A stretch of DNA of 64,000 bases from Raillietiella orientalis (lineage: Eukaryota), in assembly GCA_036172245.1 (NCBI GenBank), contig JAYWIR010000042.1:310001-374000 (forward strand). Reading direction: 5' to 3'. The notes below the pieces were generated by a model. The model made no database searches and had not been told where the DNA came from. It saw only the letters and a list, made by a program, of their open reading frames with translations. Position numbers and translations under genes: made by a program. Positions 1 through 12,377 of this stretch are shown here, piece after piece (positions within the stretch are counted from its first letter, which is position 1; every line of letters starts with the position of its first letter).

Positions 1-3000
1 AGCACGGTTTCTATGCACGTCCGAATGTATGCAAATCATTAGGAAAACAGAGTTCTCGTTCAAGTGCTGGATTTGCTCTCGCGCTGATGCAGGGATTATC
101 AGGATTTCACTTTGGTTCTTGGGTCTAGACACATTAATTTGTACAGAGGCTATCCCAAGAACCAGGAAAGCAGGCAGAAGGACTGAAGGAAGGATCCTGA
201 AGAATGAGTATAGTCACATGATTTCTGCTGTTCACACCACTCGAATGAAAAGGATCTTCATCCGAAAAATGAAAACGCATCCCTGGAGTTTTGTTCATAG
301 GGCTCAGATCAGTGCTTCGGATTTTCCCATCACATAAAAGGAGATTTGAAATCACTCGAGGAAAAACAGAATTCTGCCCCTGGATGTTTCGTATGTGGAG
401 ACACAGGACGGCCGCAGTCAGTCAGGGCACTGAGCTTGATGATGGGCAGCCAGGGAGAAAGAAAAAAACGTGCTAAAGTTTTCGATACAATGGAGCACAC
501 AGTCACAAGGTTCCGAGAAGATCTTGCAAGGAGAGAGGCAACCAGCAACTTCCATGCATTAGAAACGTGGTCCCACTCAGTACCCATGCTGCAAGAGCGA
601 GATCGTCCTGCCCTTCCAATTTCGTGATTCCGGTGGACAGTTTCGGCGATTCTCATACATCATGCTCTTGCTAGACTATTCCCCTATTTCCCGCGGTGGT
701 GAGCCTCTTCTTCGTCCGCTTCAACTATGATCACCCATGCCACAATACCGCTGAAGATACAGTGCATCACCGTCGTGGTGGTGATGCTAACGTTCTCCAA
801 GAAAAAAAGCAGGCCTCCAAGCTGGTCCACGCGAAGAGTTTTTTGGAAGTGTCTTATACCATCCGGCAAAAAAACAAAGAATGAAAGCAGTTTTCAATTC
901 GAGAAAAACTGCAGTCATACAAACGCAACGAGCATCTTTATCTGAAGAAAGATTTGCTGGGCATCAATCCCTAGACATCGGGAAATAGCGCTTGCCACTT
1001 TCATATGAACGAAAGATGCAAAAACTCCTGAAGTTTTCATTTGGGGAGAATGGAAGGCTCCGATTCTGTGGGAAGAAGGAAAGACTAGAGAAGACCCATT
1101 AAAGGAGATGGACTGAAGAGGAACACTCAGAACAAAGAGGAAACGGAAACTTAGCTAAACAACTCTTTCGTGACCAAAAAGTGGTACACACAATGGTAAA
1201 CGGCCATAAGAAGAATCGAAAAACACGCCTCAGGCACGCCAAAGAACCTTCTAGAGTTAGAGGGGAGAAGACTAACCCCGGTTATCCCATGCTATGGATC
1301 TACTTTGAATCTACTCCATGGAGCAACATGAAATGAAGACTTGAGTCGCCGAGTGCATGGATCCTCAGATGTTTGTGGACCTACCTTTCAGATCCGAGGA
1401 GAGAATACCCAAGATCAACCCGTTCAGGAATGGGATTTTCGGGCATCGAAACTGACCTGCGTTGGCGGGCGTGGTGGCTACGGCCTCCGCGTGCGCTATC
1501 AAGCGCTGAGGGTTCGAATACCCGTAAAGGATCGACGCCGCGTCGGAACATCAGACCCAGCATTCCTCACGCTGGAGAGGATGGAGTGGCAGCTCCAGTT
1601 GAGAAGGCTAGCCCTAGAGGCGAAGTTTTCGATGACCCATTGGTGCATCCCAGACAGACTCCTGGCCAAGCGAGCAGCCGGCGCCGAGGGACTCGGGACG
1701 TTCCTCGCGCATGGCCAGAGAGGTTGCCCCGATGCGGGTTCCAACTCGGGCAAATGGTTGCCTGGGTCCAGCAGAACAGATGGATTTCCTGCCTCCCCGC
1801 CAACTGTAGTGCCTAGAAACAGCAAACAGTTCAGGAGTGGACGAAAGGAAATGGCACGAGCCTGGAACCAACGCGATGCCTGCGATTCTCGAACTGCGCT
1901 CGCTGCTCGTTGCAGGAAATCATGGACTGCCCACGGAAGACCACCTGCGGGCGGGACACCTCGCTTGCGGCCACGCCGGGCACCATGTGATAAAGTGGAA
2001 ATACTGATTTGTCCGTAAGACAGGAAGTATCCTGTAAGATCGCGGGAAAAAACAAGCAGCTGGGATGATGGACGGCGCGTCAACTGCCTGCCGCATGCAC
2101 CCCTGCCTCTCTCCCCAGAGGAATGTGTCTCTGGATGGAACTTCTGGATATGGGAACGCTTCGCTGCGGCCCTTCCACTCCCGATGGACGATGGCACGGA
2201 GGTCTTGCGGTGCCATTTCACGCGCGACTCGAGGTCGCCTGCGGCTTCCCTTGGCGGCTCCTCGTGGGATCATGACAGCGAGAAGCCGTACCGAAAAAGG
2301 CCAGTCGAACGGTGAGGTCATCTTAATCGTTTGCTCATTTATAAGGAAGGCGACAAGATGGCCACATCTCTGCCAACAAAAGGAGGAAGTCGCAAAAAAA
2401 AAAAATGGAGGAAGTCGCCAACATTCTCCGGAGGATGCTGAGGGCGCCAGAAGGAATTCTGTAATCCCTTTCCTTCCTTCTCTTCCCCTTCAACATATGT
2501 TTGAACTGAATTTGTGTGTGTGTTTTTTGGGGGGGTTTTGTATACTCTTTCCACCACTTCTCGTGAGCGGACCTGATCGGGGTTGCTGCTGACGAGAAGC
2601 AGCGGCTCTGTGGCATCTTCCTTCTCAGTGGTGTAAAACCACCATGGAAAAAGACTTTTTTGTATCTTATATGAATTTTTTTCAATGTTTTTTACAATAA
2701 ACGCCCCGGCGTGACCGGGAGAAAATGAAGGATCGACGCCCGAGAAATGAAGGGTTGTGTCTTGGGTTCGAGTCCCTGCCACAGGATGACGCTGGTTGGT
2801 CTCAGTTGGCTTCGGGTGCGGCACTGGTGGAAGCAGCCGGGAACCGGATGCTTCCACTGACTGGCCAATACTGAAAGTTGACCCTGCGGGGTCCTTTCAG
2901 GAATCAAGGAACACCGGTTCCTTTGAAGGCTCCCCTCCGGTTGAGCTGGTTAATACCCTCCTCGGGAAGTTGCCTTTCAGGGTTTCTCCCTCCGAAGGGC

Positions 3001-6000
3001 GCCCTTCAGAGAAATTCGGAGGCTTCCCTTGGGAATTCTCTTCGGAGTAGTTGCAAACAAGGAACGGTTTCCTGGCGGGTTCCCTTCGAAGAAGGAACGA
3101 GGAGTGCCATAACCCTCCCTCCCCCTCCGGGGGACACTCCGGAAAGAACAAGGGAGAAGTTTCCTTCAGGGTTCACCTCCCAAGTGTGAGAGGAACGGAC
3201 TCTCCTTCCTCCGAAGTTCTTCCTGAGTTCATAGGGTGGTCCCTCTGGGGTTGCTTCCTAAATCGAAGAGTTTGAACGGTATGAAAAATGCTCCACAGGA
3301 AAGCAGAACTTCTCAGAGTGAAGCGCGGAGTTCACCGTCGATGGGCTGGGATGAACCAGAGATGGATGGAGCACCAGACAAGAGTCCTACAGAACGGAAA
3401 AGGAAGAAAAGCACGAAAGAAATGCAAGAACGAAACCAGCAGTACCTTGGAATACCCGGGAATGCTGGTGGAAATGGGAATGTATGATGGCATCGTAGAT
3501 TACCACGCCTCCGGGGAAGTGGAGGCGACTCCCTACCCGCTATAGGGGCGTCTGCCGTGCAAGCGGGACGAATGGGTGCAGGAGCGCTCATGAGGAAGAA
3601 AACCAGCTCTGGACCCGAGGGGAGTAGGCTGGAGGACGAAAGGAAAAATGAGGCCTCCACACGTGCAGTGTGCTACCTTCGTGCCTGCTGCATCCAACGG
3701 TCCTTGCCTGCAACTGACGTTCATGAAGAATCGACCTTTAACCCTCACGAGATGCCCTGCTGAAAAGGGCATTTCGGAAGAAATCCTCGCCCAACTGGAG
3801 ACAATTGGCTCCGCAGTGTGCACTGTGACGAACACCGCAGTTGACCTGGTGTGAAAACTGCACTCAAAAAAAGTGCATGCACCGCAACGGAGCCTTGCTG
3901 GAGTCGCTGGAGGAAGTTCACATGGAAACAAAAGGTTCGTTTGCGGGACTGATAGCCGAGACACGGCAGAAGGTATTTCCGCATGGAAACGGAAATACCT
4001 TCTTTCTTTTTCCGCTGCACTTCTGCCATTATTCACTACGAGCTCTGTATTTTTGAACGCGGGCAGGAGGAATCGAGAATTCAAACCCATCAAGTGCGAA
4101 GGTTTTAAAGAATACTTGAAGATCCGGCTCTACTAGAGGCACCGGGCTCACAGACAGCAGCTGCTTGGCCATGATTATTTCCTGCGTTTCAGGAGCTCCA
4201 GACTGATAAATGTTTCCCTAAACATTTACATCTATCGCGCAATTATCGTCGAAGTAGCGCTGGCGTTCTTAAAGAACATTGGATCCGTTTGAAAAATGGA
4301 ATTTCTAGAACTGTCGCAAGCGGAGAGCGTCCGAACGTTTCCTTGACTGAACGTATTGGAATAAATTTTGTGCTCCATTTCGAGTTCTCACGACGAACGA
4401 TAGGTGTCCAAATTTCTCTCTGGCTCCCTACTGTCATTTTTCAATTAGGAATGCTCTGTTCTTTCTTCTTTTTCTCTTTAGACATTTTCCCCCTGAAAGA
4501 CTTGAAAATGAATAAAACATAACAAAAAGCCCTGCTGAAGAAGTTTCATCATGTTTGCAACACGTTCAGAATTTGACAGTGCCTCATGTATTCGACGAAC
4601 AGAGAGATTCGGTATTGCGTTTCCAGCGTATCTTGTGAAAGTCATCATTTCATCATTCCAGAGAATTAAATGCGATCCAGCAGAAGACACAGACCTAAGT
4701 TGCAAATCCTCCAGACGATTACGGATTGAAGGGGCATCTGAACACTCTTCTACAAACCAGCACATCAAAGCAGGCAAAACGCGATCCCCCATATCAAGGA
4801 TGCTCAACCTTCTCTCGGTTGCAACACTGGAAAGGGTGTGAGCCTCAAGATGCTCACAACGCATCACGAATGCTAGGGCCGGAGACATTTCTTGTCATAG
4901 CTTTTAAATCACTATGGTGAAAACGAAATGCCGCATCTCGAACATCTTTTCTACCTATAAGAGGTACATTTCAAAAGTAAGTAACCCTCTGCATGAAATT
5001 GCGCCTCCAGGGAGTTCATCCGGTTCAGCACTGCAGTTTTCCACCCCTCACCTTCCCCCACGAATCGATGAGCCACTGCTGGGGGTGTAGGAAGGACGAC
5101 GTGGTAGTCACTGGGCGCGAGGTCAGGACCGTAAGGTGGATGATCAAAAAGTTCCCATTTGAATTTCTGAACAGCAGCGTGTGGGCGTGCGTTGTCGTGA
5201 AGGAGAAGAACAATTCCTGATCTCAACATTCCACGTCCTTGGTTCTGAATGGCACCCCGCAGTTTTCCCAGTAGACTTGCCAGGTGGTGGTTGCTCCTGG
5301 CTCCATAAGGTCCACCGAAAGCACACCCTTTTGCTCCCACACGCTGCTGTCCCCCCATTCCAGACAATTCGGAAATTCAAATGGGAACTTTTTGATCATT
5401 CACCTCACTGCCCTGATCTCGCTGCGAGTGACTGCCATGTCTTCCTGCACTTCAAGAAGTGGCTTGCATTTCAGCGATTCGGAGGAAAGTGGAGAGGAGG
5501 AATTTGATTCTGAGGGTTTCAAAAAGCTTCTTCCGCGGTATCACAAGTGTTTGGAAAAAAACGGTGACTACGTAGAAAAATGACACGGGGATGTATGCGT
5601 TCAGAACTACGAATACATTTTCTCTTCCTTGTTTTTTGTTTATCTCCGATCGGCCCTTGATTTTGAGATGAGCCTCGTACCTTGAACCCAAATGCACAAA
5701 CGCAGAAACCACAGTCAAAGCCTTCCTGTTCTGATGCCACTTTTTACTCTGTCCCTCTGACACCAGTCCCTGAGCATTCGGTTTCACACTCAAAAGTGCT
5801 TGGATAAAGTACGGAAGCCTCCGTCTGCGATACGATTTCCAAATTTCACCTCCTTGAGGTTCACTGCAGAAGGCAAGCAGCATCAAACCCAAGCTTTTGG
5901 ACAGCATGGTACTCGAATAAAGAGATATTTTTACAGTATCCTTCGGACCCAGAGATCAATACAATTATTCCGAATCACGGAGTTTTTTTCTTTTTCCTAC

Positions 6001-9000
6001 CTTCACTTTTATTTCCTCCCACTGTATATGTGAAACCACCTGAGTGACATCTTTGGCAACAGCAGTAGAGAGGATCAGCGTCTCTGCCCTGGTCACATGC
6101 TTGCACATGGATCATGCGCCCTATGGACACTGTGTTCCTCACTCCGGAAGTTCTCTTCGAAGCCTCGAATTTTAGCTGGCTCACAATAGCCAACCCCCTT
6201 ACCATGGAAGGAGATTTCGCATCTGCATAGCACTTTCGACTCCATCAAGCGGGGCAGAGTGAAAATCACCTAAACGAAAGAGAGAAAAGAGGGCTGTGTG
6301 GTTATTCGGCGTCTGCACGTTCCACATGTTTTCGTGAACTATGCGAAGGTGTGCTGTAGGCGCGAAGCGGCGCGTGCCGGTTGCACTCAAGACGCACACA
6401 AGGTCGAATCGCACACGGATCAAGAGACTGTTTGGAAGACCAAGGGAAACCCTGAAGGTTCTGGATTTTACTAATACTGCTGGGAAGAGCTCCATCTGCA
6501 GGCACCTCGATCACTCGTTTCTCATTTCACTATCTTGTGAGTTTCAGACTCTCAGCATCCGCATTTCTTGGAACACCCTCTTGCAAAACTCCATATAAAG
6601 AGCTCAGAAAAAAAAGACTTTCTACGGTTTCTCCTTTCATCTGTTCGGGACACGTGCCCAGTGCCTGCAGTTCCTTCCTCTATAAAGGAAAGTTGTACTC
6701 AATAACCTTTCCACCGAGCAAAACTTTCGAGACAGCCGTCATTCCGATGCAGTTCAACGGTCAAGAAGAAGGAAACGCCTCCATTTGCCTAATCAGCCAT
6801 CAGTAACTGCTCCCTTTGCATGCTGCCGTGTTCTCTCGAACCCATTGTTTTTCTAAGGAAAGTTCCACTCGGTGGAGTGTGGAGGATCTATTCGAAATCC
6901 AATTCTCCGTCCAGTCACCCTTTTCTTACTCACATTGAATTTTTTTATTAAAAACAACGAAAAAAAAAACTCTCGACTTTCATGAGACAATATGGCTGTT
7001 GCTCCAAAAGCAGCAACACGTCTCTGATCTCCCTTTATCATCAGCATTGCTGCCATGCAGTGGAAACAAGATTGCTTGCATGGAGTATAGTGCATCATGC
7101 TCACATCCATTCCTGGAATATCAAAAGCAGCAACCTTAGTTTGGCAATCTCATCAATGGAAAGTCAACGGAACCAAAGGGCCGGACTGATGACCTTCATC
7201 CAGAGGAGCATGCAGGATGCTTTCCTGGCATCCTTGAAGGACATTGTCCACCGAGGAGAAACGCTCAAGAATGCTTTCTCGGTGCTTCGTTACGACGCTA
7301 GCGGCGTGCCGTACCATGCTGCCGGTACTCAAGCGGACGAGATAGCACACCGAAGCGGAAACCATACCGTACATGATCCTGGAATACAGCTGCTGTTACA
7401 AAACCGGAACCAAATTGCAACCTTTTTGGTGAATCAGCCACGAGTTTGCCCTTATGAGCCATGTAAGAGTATCCTTCAAAGGGCAGCAGATAAAGTGAAC
7501 TCAGCAGCGAGCTGCCTCCTAGACCGCCTGGCATATGCCACAATCACCGGAGAAAGCCATCAAACCCAGGTGAACCCATGTCATCTATCTCCACCCTTAA
7601 CGAAAATGAAAATGAAAGGTGCGAAACAAATCGGTCCATTCATCTTATGAGAGCAACACTTACGGTTCCCCCGCGAAACACTTATCGAAACAGAGATGGC
7701 GATTCCCGTCGCTACCTATGTTCCAATTGATGATGAATGCCAAATCTCCCAATGCTTTGAAATAAATGTTTCCTTCTTATTGAGAGAAGTTGACATACGT
7801 TTCAGAACGTGCCATATCGTAAGGAACGGCAGTGTATGAAAAGGCACATTTCATGACACGTCATTATACAATCCCTACGATCAATTTCGGAAATCACGTG
7901 GAACTGGCAAAAAAAAGTCAAGTGAACTTTGCGAGAGAAGATATGGTCGGGCAACATTTCATCTTCAAAACTGAAAATATGTGTAGCGAGGCAGCCACCA
8001 GGATCAATATCAATTTTTTGTAAGTTGCAACAGGAGACAAAGGAAACAATTATCTGATGAAGAATCCGTAGAAGGTTGTCTTCATGTTTTTCCAAAATGT
8101 TTACAAAAGAGTAAATTAGCATTTCATTTAATGCTCTTTCCAGAAAATTCGATAGTCTAGTACTGAACATTCGAAATTTTCTCCAAACAAAAATGAAATA
8201 CCGGTCACGCCTCTAACTTATCTGTCCTCGAAAGACGGGAACTGCGTTGATATCCCTCAGCTAACAATCTTCGTAAAATGAGTCTAGGAAGTTTTTAAAC
8301 TCCTGAGGAAGTTCTGGATGCAGTCCTATAAAAGTGCAGCAATAAAGGAAACTTTCAGTAACCTAAATCCTGTTCTTTTGAGATCTGGTTTTCCAGAAAT
8401 AAGTTTTTATTGTAACGGCCGGAGCTTCTTCAATGAGATGCAAGCACGATAGATCTGTTAGTTTAATGCGGCAAACGGTATCTCATAAAGTTCTCACACA
8501 TTGCTAAATCACCCATTACGAACACACAAGTGGCATCAGTGATACAAGAATCATGGCGCATAGCTGCATAAAAATACTGAACAGATGAAAATGTGATGCA
8601 GGAAATCGCTCTCACGGTCAGTTTCATAAATTTCAAGAGAATGTGAAGAATAACCAATATCTGAATGTGTTGACATCCCTAGTTGAAACCACCAAGCTTT
8701 TGGCAAATCTTGATGATGAAACTATAAGAAAAGAATGAATATGTAAACAATCAGAAGTTTGAATCGATTCCGAAGCAGCTGATTATGAAGAAAGCTGTTC
8801 ATTGCATTGAGCAATGAAAAGGCTTCACGGAGAAATACCACCTTAGAACTGGAACTGTTTGAGGATCCCTTTTCAGCGGATGCCACTGAAGGTCATGACG
8901 TGACACAACTGCAAACTATTTGCAATCCAAAATACAATGGGACTTTCATGGAACATGACTTCAGATATTTTCTCCTCGATACGTGTCTCCGTCTTATTGA

Positions 9001-9960
9001 AGTCGAGCAAGAAGTACCATTTGTTCAGCTCTCTGTTAGGCAACAGATATATATATCTGCATGCAACTTTTTCTCAACAACGAGGAACACTAAAATAAAA
9101 TCACATGTCTGCTATCTCTGTTTATTATTTATGCTGAAATATGGACGCAGTTCGCACATCAGTATCATATGCAGGAACACATTCGCTATTCACAAAGTTG
9201 TCAGACTCCTCACTAGATTAGTATGGAAAAGTATGCTAATAAATTGTGCTTACAGCTGAAGTATATTTAGTAGAAAAAAAAAGAAAAATTTCATAATATA
9301 TGGGGAGTCTTGTAGAAAAACATAAAAGAAGGAGTAAACAAAATGCCAGATTTCTAGAGTCCAATGCTTTTTGATCATTTTAGAATTTACTCATGAAATG
9401 GATACTTTTGTTTATAAAATGTACTAAAATTTATAAAGTACGTGCTTTTCTTAAAACAAACCGTCTTTTTGTTGACCTACTTGAAGGACAGGGTACAAAT
9501 ACTAGTCTGCAAATACCACAGATCTATGACCGATTGACCATGTTCCAGATCATAAAAGATAGCTAAATTTTTTTTCGAGTAAATGCTGAAAAACAGCAGA
9601 AAGTTAATCCACAGTTCTTCCTTTAACTTTTGTGTAAACTTCTGAAACTAAACTAAACATTTGCAGTATAATGCAGTAATTTGGATTCATGAGTTACGTA
9701 CAGCTACTTTTCAATAAACGGAATGCTTGATTTTATGTGTTGATACTTTTAGAACCAAAATCATTTTCTGCCTGATCCATGCATTCTTTTTTATCTGTAT
9801 TACGTTGGTCTTGGTAATCATGAATCGCTGCATGAATACGATTAGGAAGGAAATATGTGAAGTTCTGAAGGAACATTTTTGCTCGTCTTGACGTGACAGG
9901 GTCATGTGGAGACGTGAGTGTCGAAAAGCTGATTACGTGTATAAAATGTGATGAGCCATA
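1..9960 (-). CDS. ATM: Probable ATM serine/threonine kinase (PIKK family), N-terminal HEAT-region exons; gene continues past the left edge and the start exon is uncertain
   Basis: Minus-strand segments match the metazoan ATM N-terminus in collinear order. ~8055-7930 IIVSFVSCCNLQKIDID resembles LVKYFIKCANRR. The AG/GT-bounded exon 6269-6203 VIFTLPRLMESKVLCRCEISFH resembles ILSVRKYWCEIS. ~5830-5790 RLPYFIQALLS resembles GLNHILAALT. The AG/GT-bounded exon 4826-4695 VATERRLSILDMGDRVLPALMCWF...IRNRLEDLQL resembles [24 protein letters not shown]...ELFQL. Further exon-like pieces at ~4430-4230, ~3850-3750 and 330-870 were not resolved. The comparison is from memory of human ATM, and the kinase domain is not in the window. 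Confidence 0.65.
2870..3270 (+). repeat. Dispersed repeat copy 1 (non-coding, MITE/Helitron-like family)
   Basis: Shares blocks with 26140-26600 in the same order and orientation, e.g. CAGGAATCAAGGA and CAGGGTTC(A)CCTCCCAAGT(G/A)TGAGAG...GAACGG...TTCATAGGGT(G/C)GTCCC. Rich in GAAG/CTTC motifs. Confidence 0.7.
4940..5290 (-). mobile_element. Degenerate mariner transposase 3' fragment (copy A)
   Basis: Minus frame reads LRGAIQNQGRGMLRSGIVLLLHDNARPHAA..KFKWELFDHPPYGPDLAPSDYH, containing the HDNARPH and YSPDLAPSD catalytic motifs of mariner DD34D transposases. Carries internal deletions. Confidence 0.9.
5335..5679 (+). mobile_element. Degenerate mariner transposase 3' fragment with terminal repeat end (copy B)
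   Basis: Plus frame reads PHAA...RKFKWELFDHSPHCPDLAASDCHVFLHFKKWL...EGFKKLLPRYHKCLEKNGDYVEK* (stop 5583), the typical mariner C-terminus. It is followed by a TIR-like end ...GAGCCTCG and a TA at 5678-5679. Confidence 0.9.
8690..9120 (+). mobile_element. Degenerate hAT (Charlie/SPIN/GTF2IRD2-like) transposase C-terminal remnant
   Basis: LELFEDPFSAD...QLQ...CN and G(N)RYI...FFSTTRNTKIKS (frameshifted) resemble the hAT dimerisation-region pattern LFxNPF...ELxELQC...FGSTYLCEQxFSxMxxxK. Lies in a putative ATM intron. Confidence 0.55.
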
Positions 9961-10052
9961 TGCCCATGTTAAAGATGCATAAGTGGCTGCAAACAGTACT
10001 AGATGTAAAAACTGGAGTGCCCTAATGTAGACAGTATATATGGCTTGTGAAA

Positions 10053-12128
10053 ATGCCCCAATATTTTTACTACACCCATGAAGATCGCTGCAAAGAATTC
10101 GTATGTTACGAAAAAGAACAACAAAGTGCTTGCTGCTGCCAGCGAAGAAAGCATTCGAGATCTTTTGTTTCCATATTCAGAACAAGGGAAGTTGGAAACG
10201 AAAAATTGCATCCTTACGCTTTCGAAATTGAATTGCCGATTAAGCAAATGGTGTCCCATGCTTTGTATAAGGAAACTCCTATCAACCTGGGTTCTATCAA
10301 TAAGATATTCAGTGCTAAATGGTTGAATAAAAATCAGCTAGTATGTGGCACAAAATGTAACAAGGTAAATGATTTTACCACATATTGAAGTACGGATTTT
10401 AAGAAATTGACTATTGTAGCCTAATTTCATAACGTAATTTATAGTAAAAGACGATCGATATCAGTAAGATTTTAATCTCAATGTAATTCAGTAGTACTGT
10501 GTGTAGCATGAATTAGACAGAAGTAAGTTCACTGTAAAGTTTCCTTAAATGCTTTCTCCACTTTTATAACTTTTTTGAAACGATAGCCTTCCAACCTTTT
10601 TTCCTAAATTAAAACGAAATGCTTATACGCAGTATAATTAAATTAGAGCTATTGTATTTGATTTTATCATTACTTCTTGCTTGTTTAGAAAAATGTTAAC
10701 ATGTTTACATTTGGACCCAAAATTGAAGCATTATCATTTCAGCTATTGGTTTTTAATGTTAAAAATCGTCATTTGGATCATATTCCAAGTCTAAGTAATC
10801 CACGTCGACCCAATTCTGTAAGCCAACTCAGAGGAATTCATTCTATAACAATCAATCCATCAGGATCCTTGTTGGCATCTGGTGGAAGTAATGACCTTGC
10901 TGTTTATCACCTACCGACATTTGATCCAGCCTTTTTAAATGAAGTAATGTAAAACCATGACTTAAAAATAAAAACATCTCTTAGGATGCCCATTCTGATG
11001 TGATCTTTGACTTAGTTTGGCTTGACGATGAATACTTGATGTCTGGATCTCGAGATAACACAGTAGCTCTCTTTAAAGTTGATGATGAAAGAGAAAACTA
11101 CATGAGTTCTGATGTAAGTTAATACTTTAACTATAAGGACTGGTATGTTTTTACCAAAGTAAAATAGATGTCTTACTTAGTCTCCATTGTTAGATACATT
11201 GATCTGTCACAGGAATGTTTCATCACCCTTTTGAGTTCAATATAATTGCTTTTCTGTTACTTTGGGCTGATTGCAACTCTGAAGTGATATATTACTCTAA
11301 AGTCTAAAGTCTTTTCAGTGTTGGTCCATCTGCTTATTGGACTGCAAGAAACTATATTTATATGCACTGATGTTTGCTCTGGGGGGGTTAGGTGCCAATG
11401 TGTCATCGTGTAAAACCACTGACTGTGAAAACATGTCAGACAGCAGACAAAGTACGAGCGTTGGCAGTCAACTTGCATTATCAGGAGGTAGCTGCCCTCT
11501 CTCTCAATGCATATTTGCATCTATGGGATGCAAGGACCCTCACCCAGGTGAGATCTGATGGTTCCTTATAAGCAAAGGAAGTGTAGAAGTATTCTAGACG
11601 ATTGCCTCATTGTCCTGAGAATGTGTGTTTAGCATTGCATTCTGAAAGTAATATCTATGCCATTGGTTCAAAGTCTCATGTAACATTGATTGACACTCGC
11701 ACTTTGCAAGTAGTGTCCAGCATCACTTCTCGTCATAAGGAGACTGGTTGGTAAAAATAACACTCTGATATTAGTGAAATACCAAACCAGGTATCCGCTC
11801 CATCACTTTTTTGGGGAGCATCATGACCTTTGGCACAGGAAACGGTCATCTGCTTTTTTATGATATCTGTGGTGGCAGTTATCTGGAATGTAACTGGCCC
11901 ACTGGGGTCCAACTCAAAGCATCTCGAGGATGGCTGGTAACCATCTTGTTTTTTTTCCCCCGCCCCCCTTTGTTATGAAGCTGTGATTAGGATTTTGATG
12001 TCAACACAAGAGATTACAGTCCTGCCATTTATGCCCATTGCTATGATCCATCAGGAACAAGATTATTTGCAGCTGGTGGGCCACTTCCTGCCATGCTCTC
12101 AGGCAATTATGCAGCAATGTGGCAATAG
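10053..12128 (+). CDS. DCAF12: DDB1- and CUL4-associated factor 12 (WD40 repeat, WDR40A), 7 exons, ~413 aa
   Basis: Exons 10053-10364, 10743-10943, 10985-11113, 11392-11547, 11587-11746, 11791-11936 and 11991-12128 have GT-AG introns and join in frame. Diagnostic motifs: [71 protein letters not shown], and the C-terminus [31 protein letters not shown]. Confidence 0.95.
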
Positions 12129-12336
12129 TTTGTTTATCAGGGGTTATAAATTTTATGTTTCTCCAATACACTAAGGCATCTGCAATTTGTAACACTTGCA
12201 TCTGATTGATGTTTTTCTTGTTGAACTGCAAGACCCCAAATAAGACCATTCCCGTTTGTTGCAGTTGGCTACCTCCCTTGATTCTGTGCTTAAACTGCCA
12301 CTCGTAGCAGTCACCCACAAAAGTTATCGTGGAAAA

Positions 12337-12377
12337 AATAAAGCTCTTTCAAATGCTTTTTTTCATTTACTTTTATT
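12337..12377. terminator. Convergent poly(A) signals: AATAAA on + (12337-12342, DCAF12) and AATAAA on - (12372-12377)
   Basis: Both hexamers were read directly, flanking a T-rich tract about 210 nt after the DCAF12 stop. Their use is inferred. Confidence 0.5.

Noticed and set aside
1463..1540. tRNA-like B-box (GGTTCGAATAC), and another at ~2765 (GGTTCGAGTCC)
   Set aside because: No cloverleaf can be formed. At most these are decayed SINE heads.
1341..2221. Long overlapping ORFs (225 aa +, 240 aa -)
   Set aside because: GC-rich sequence with no recognisable domain. Parts may be ATM exons, but I could not fix boundaries.
3330..3500. RRWAG...VL...GRK pattern resembling an RTE LINE 3' end
   Set aside because: Too degenerate to call.
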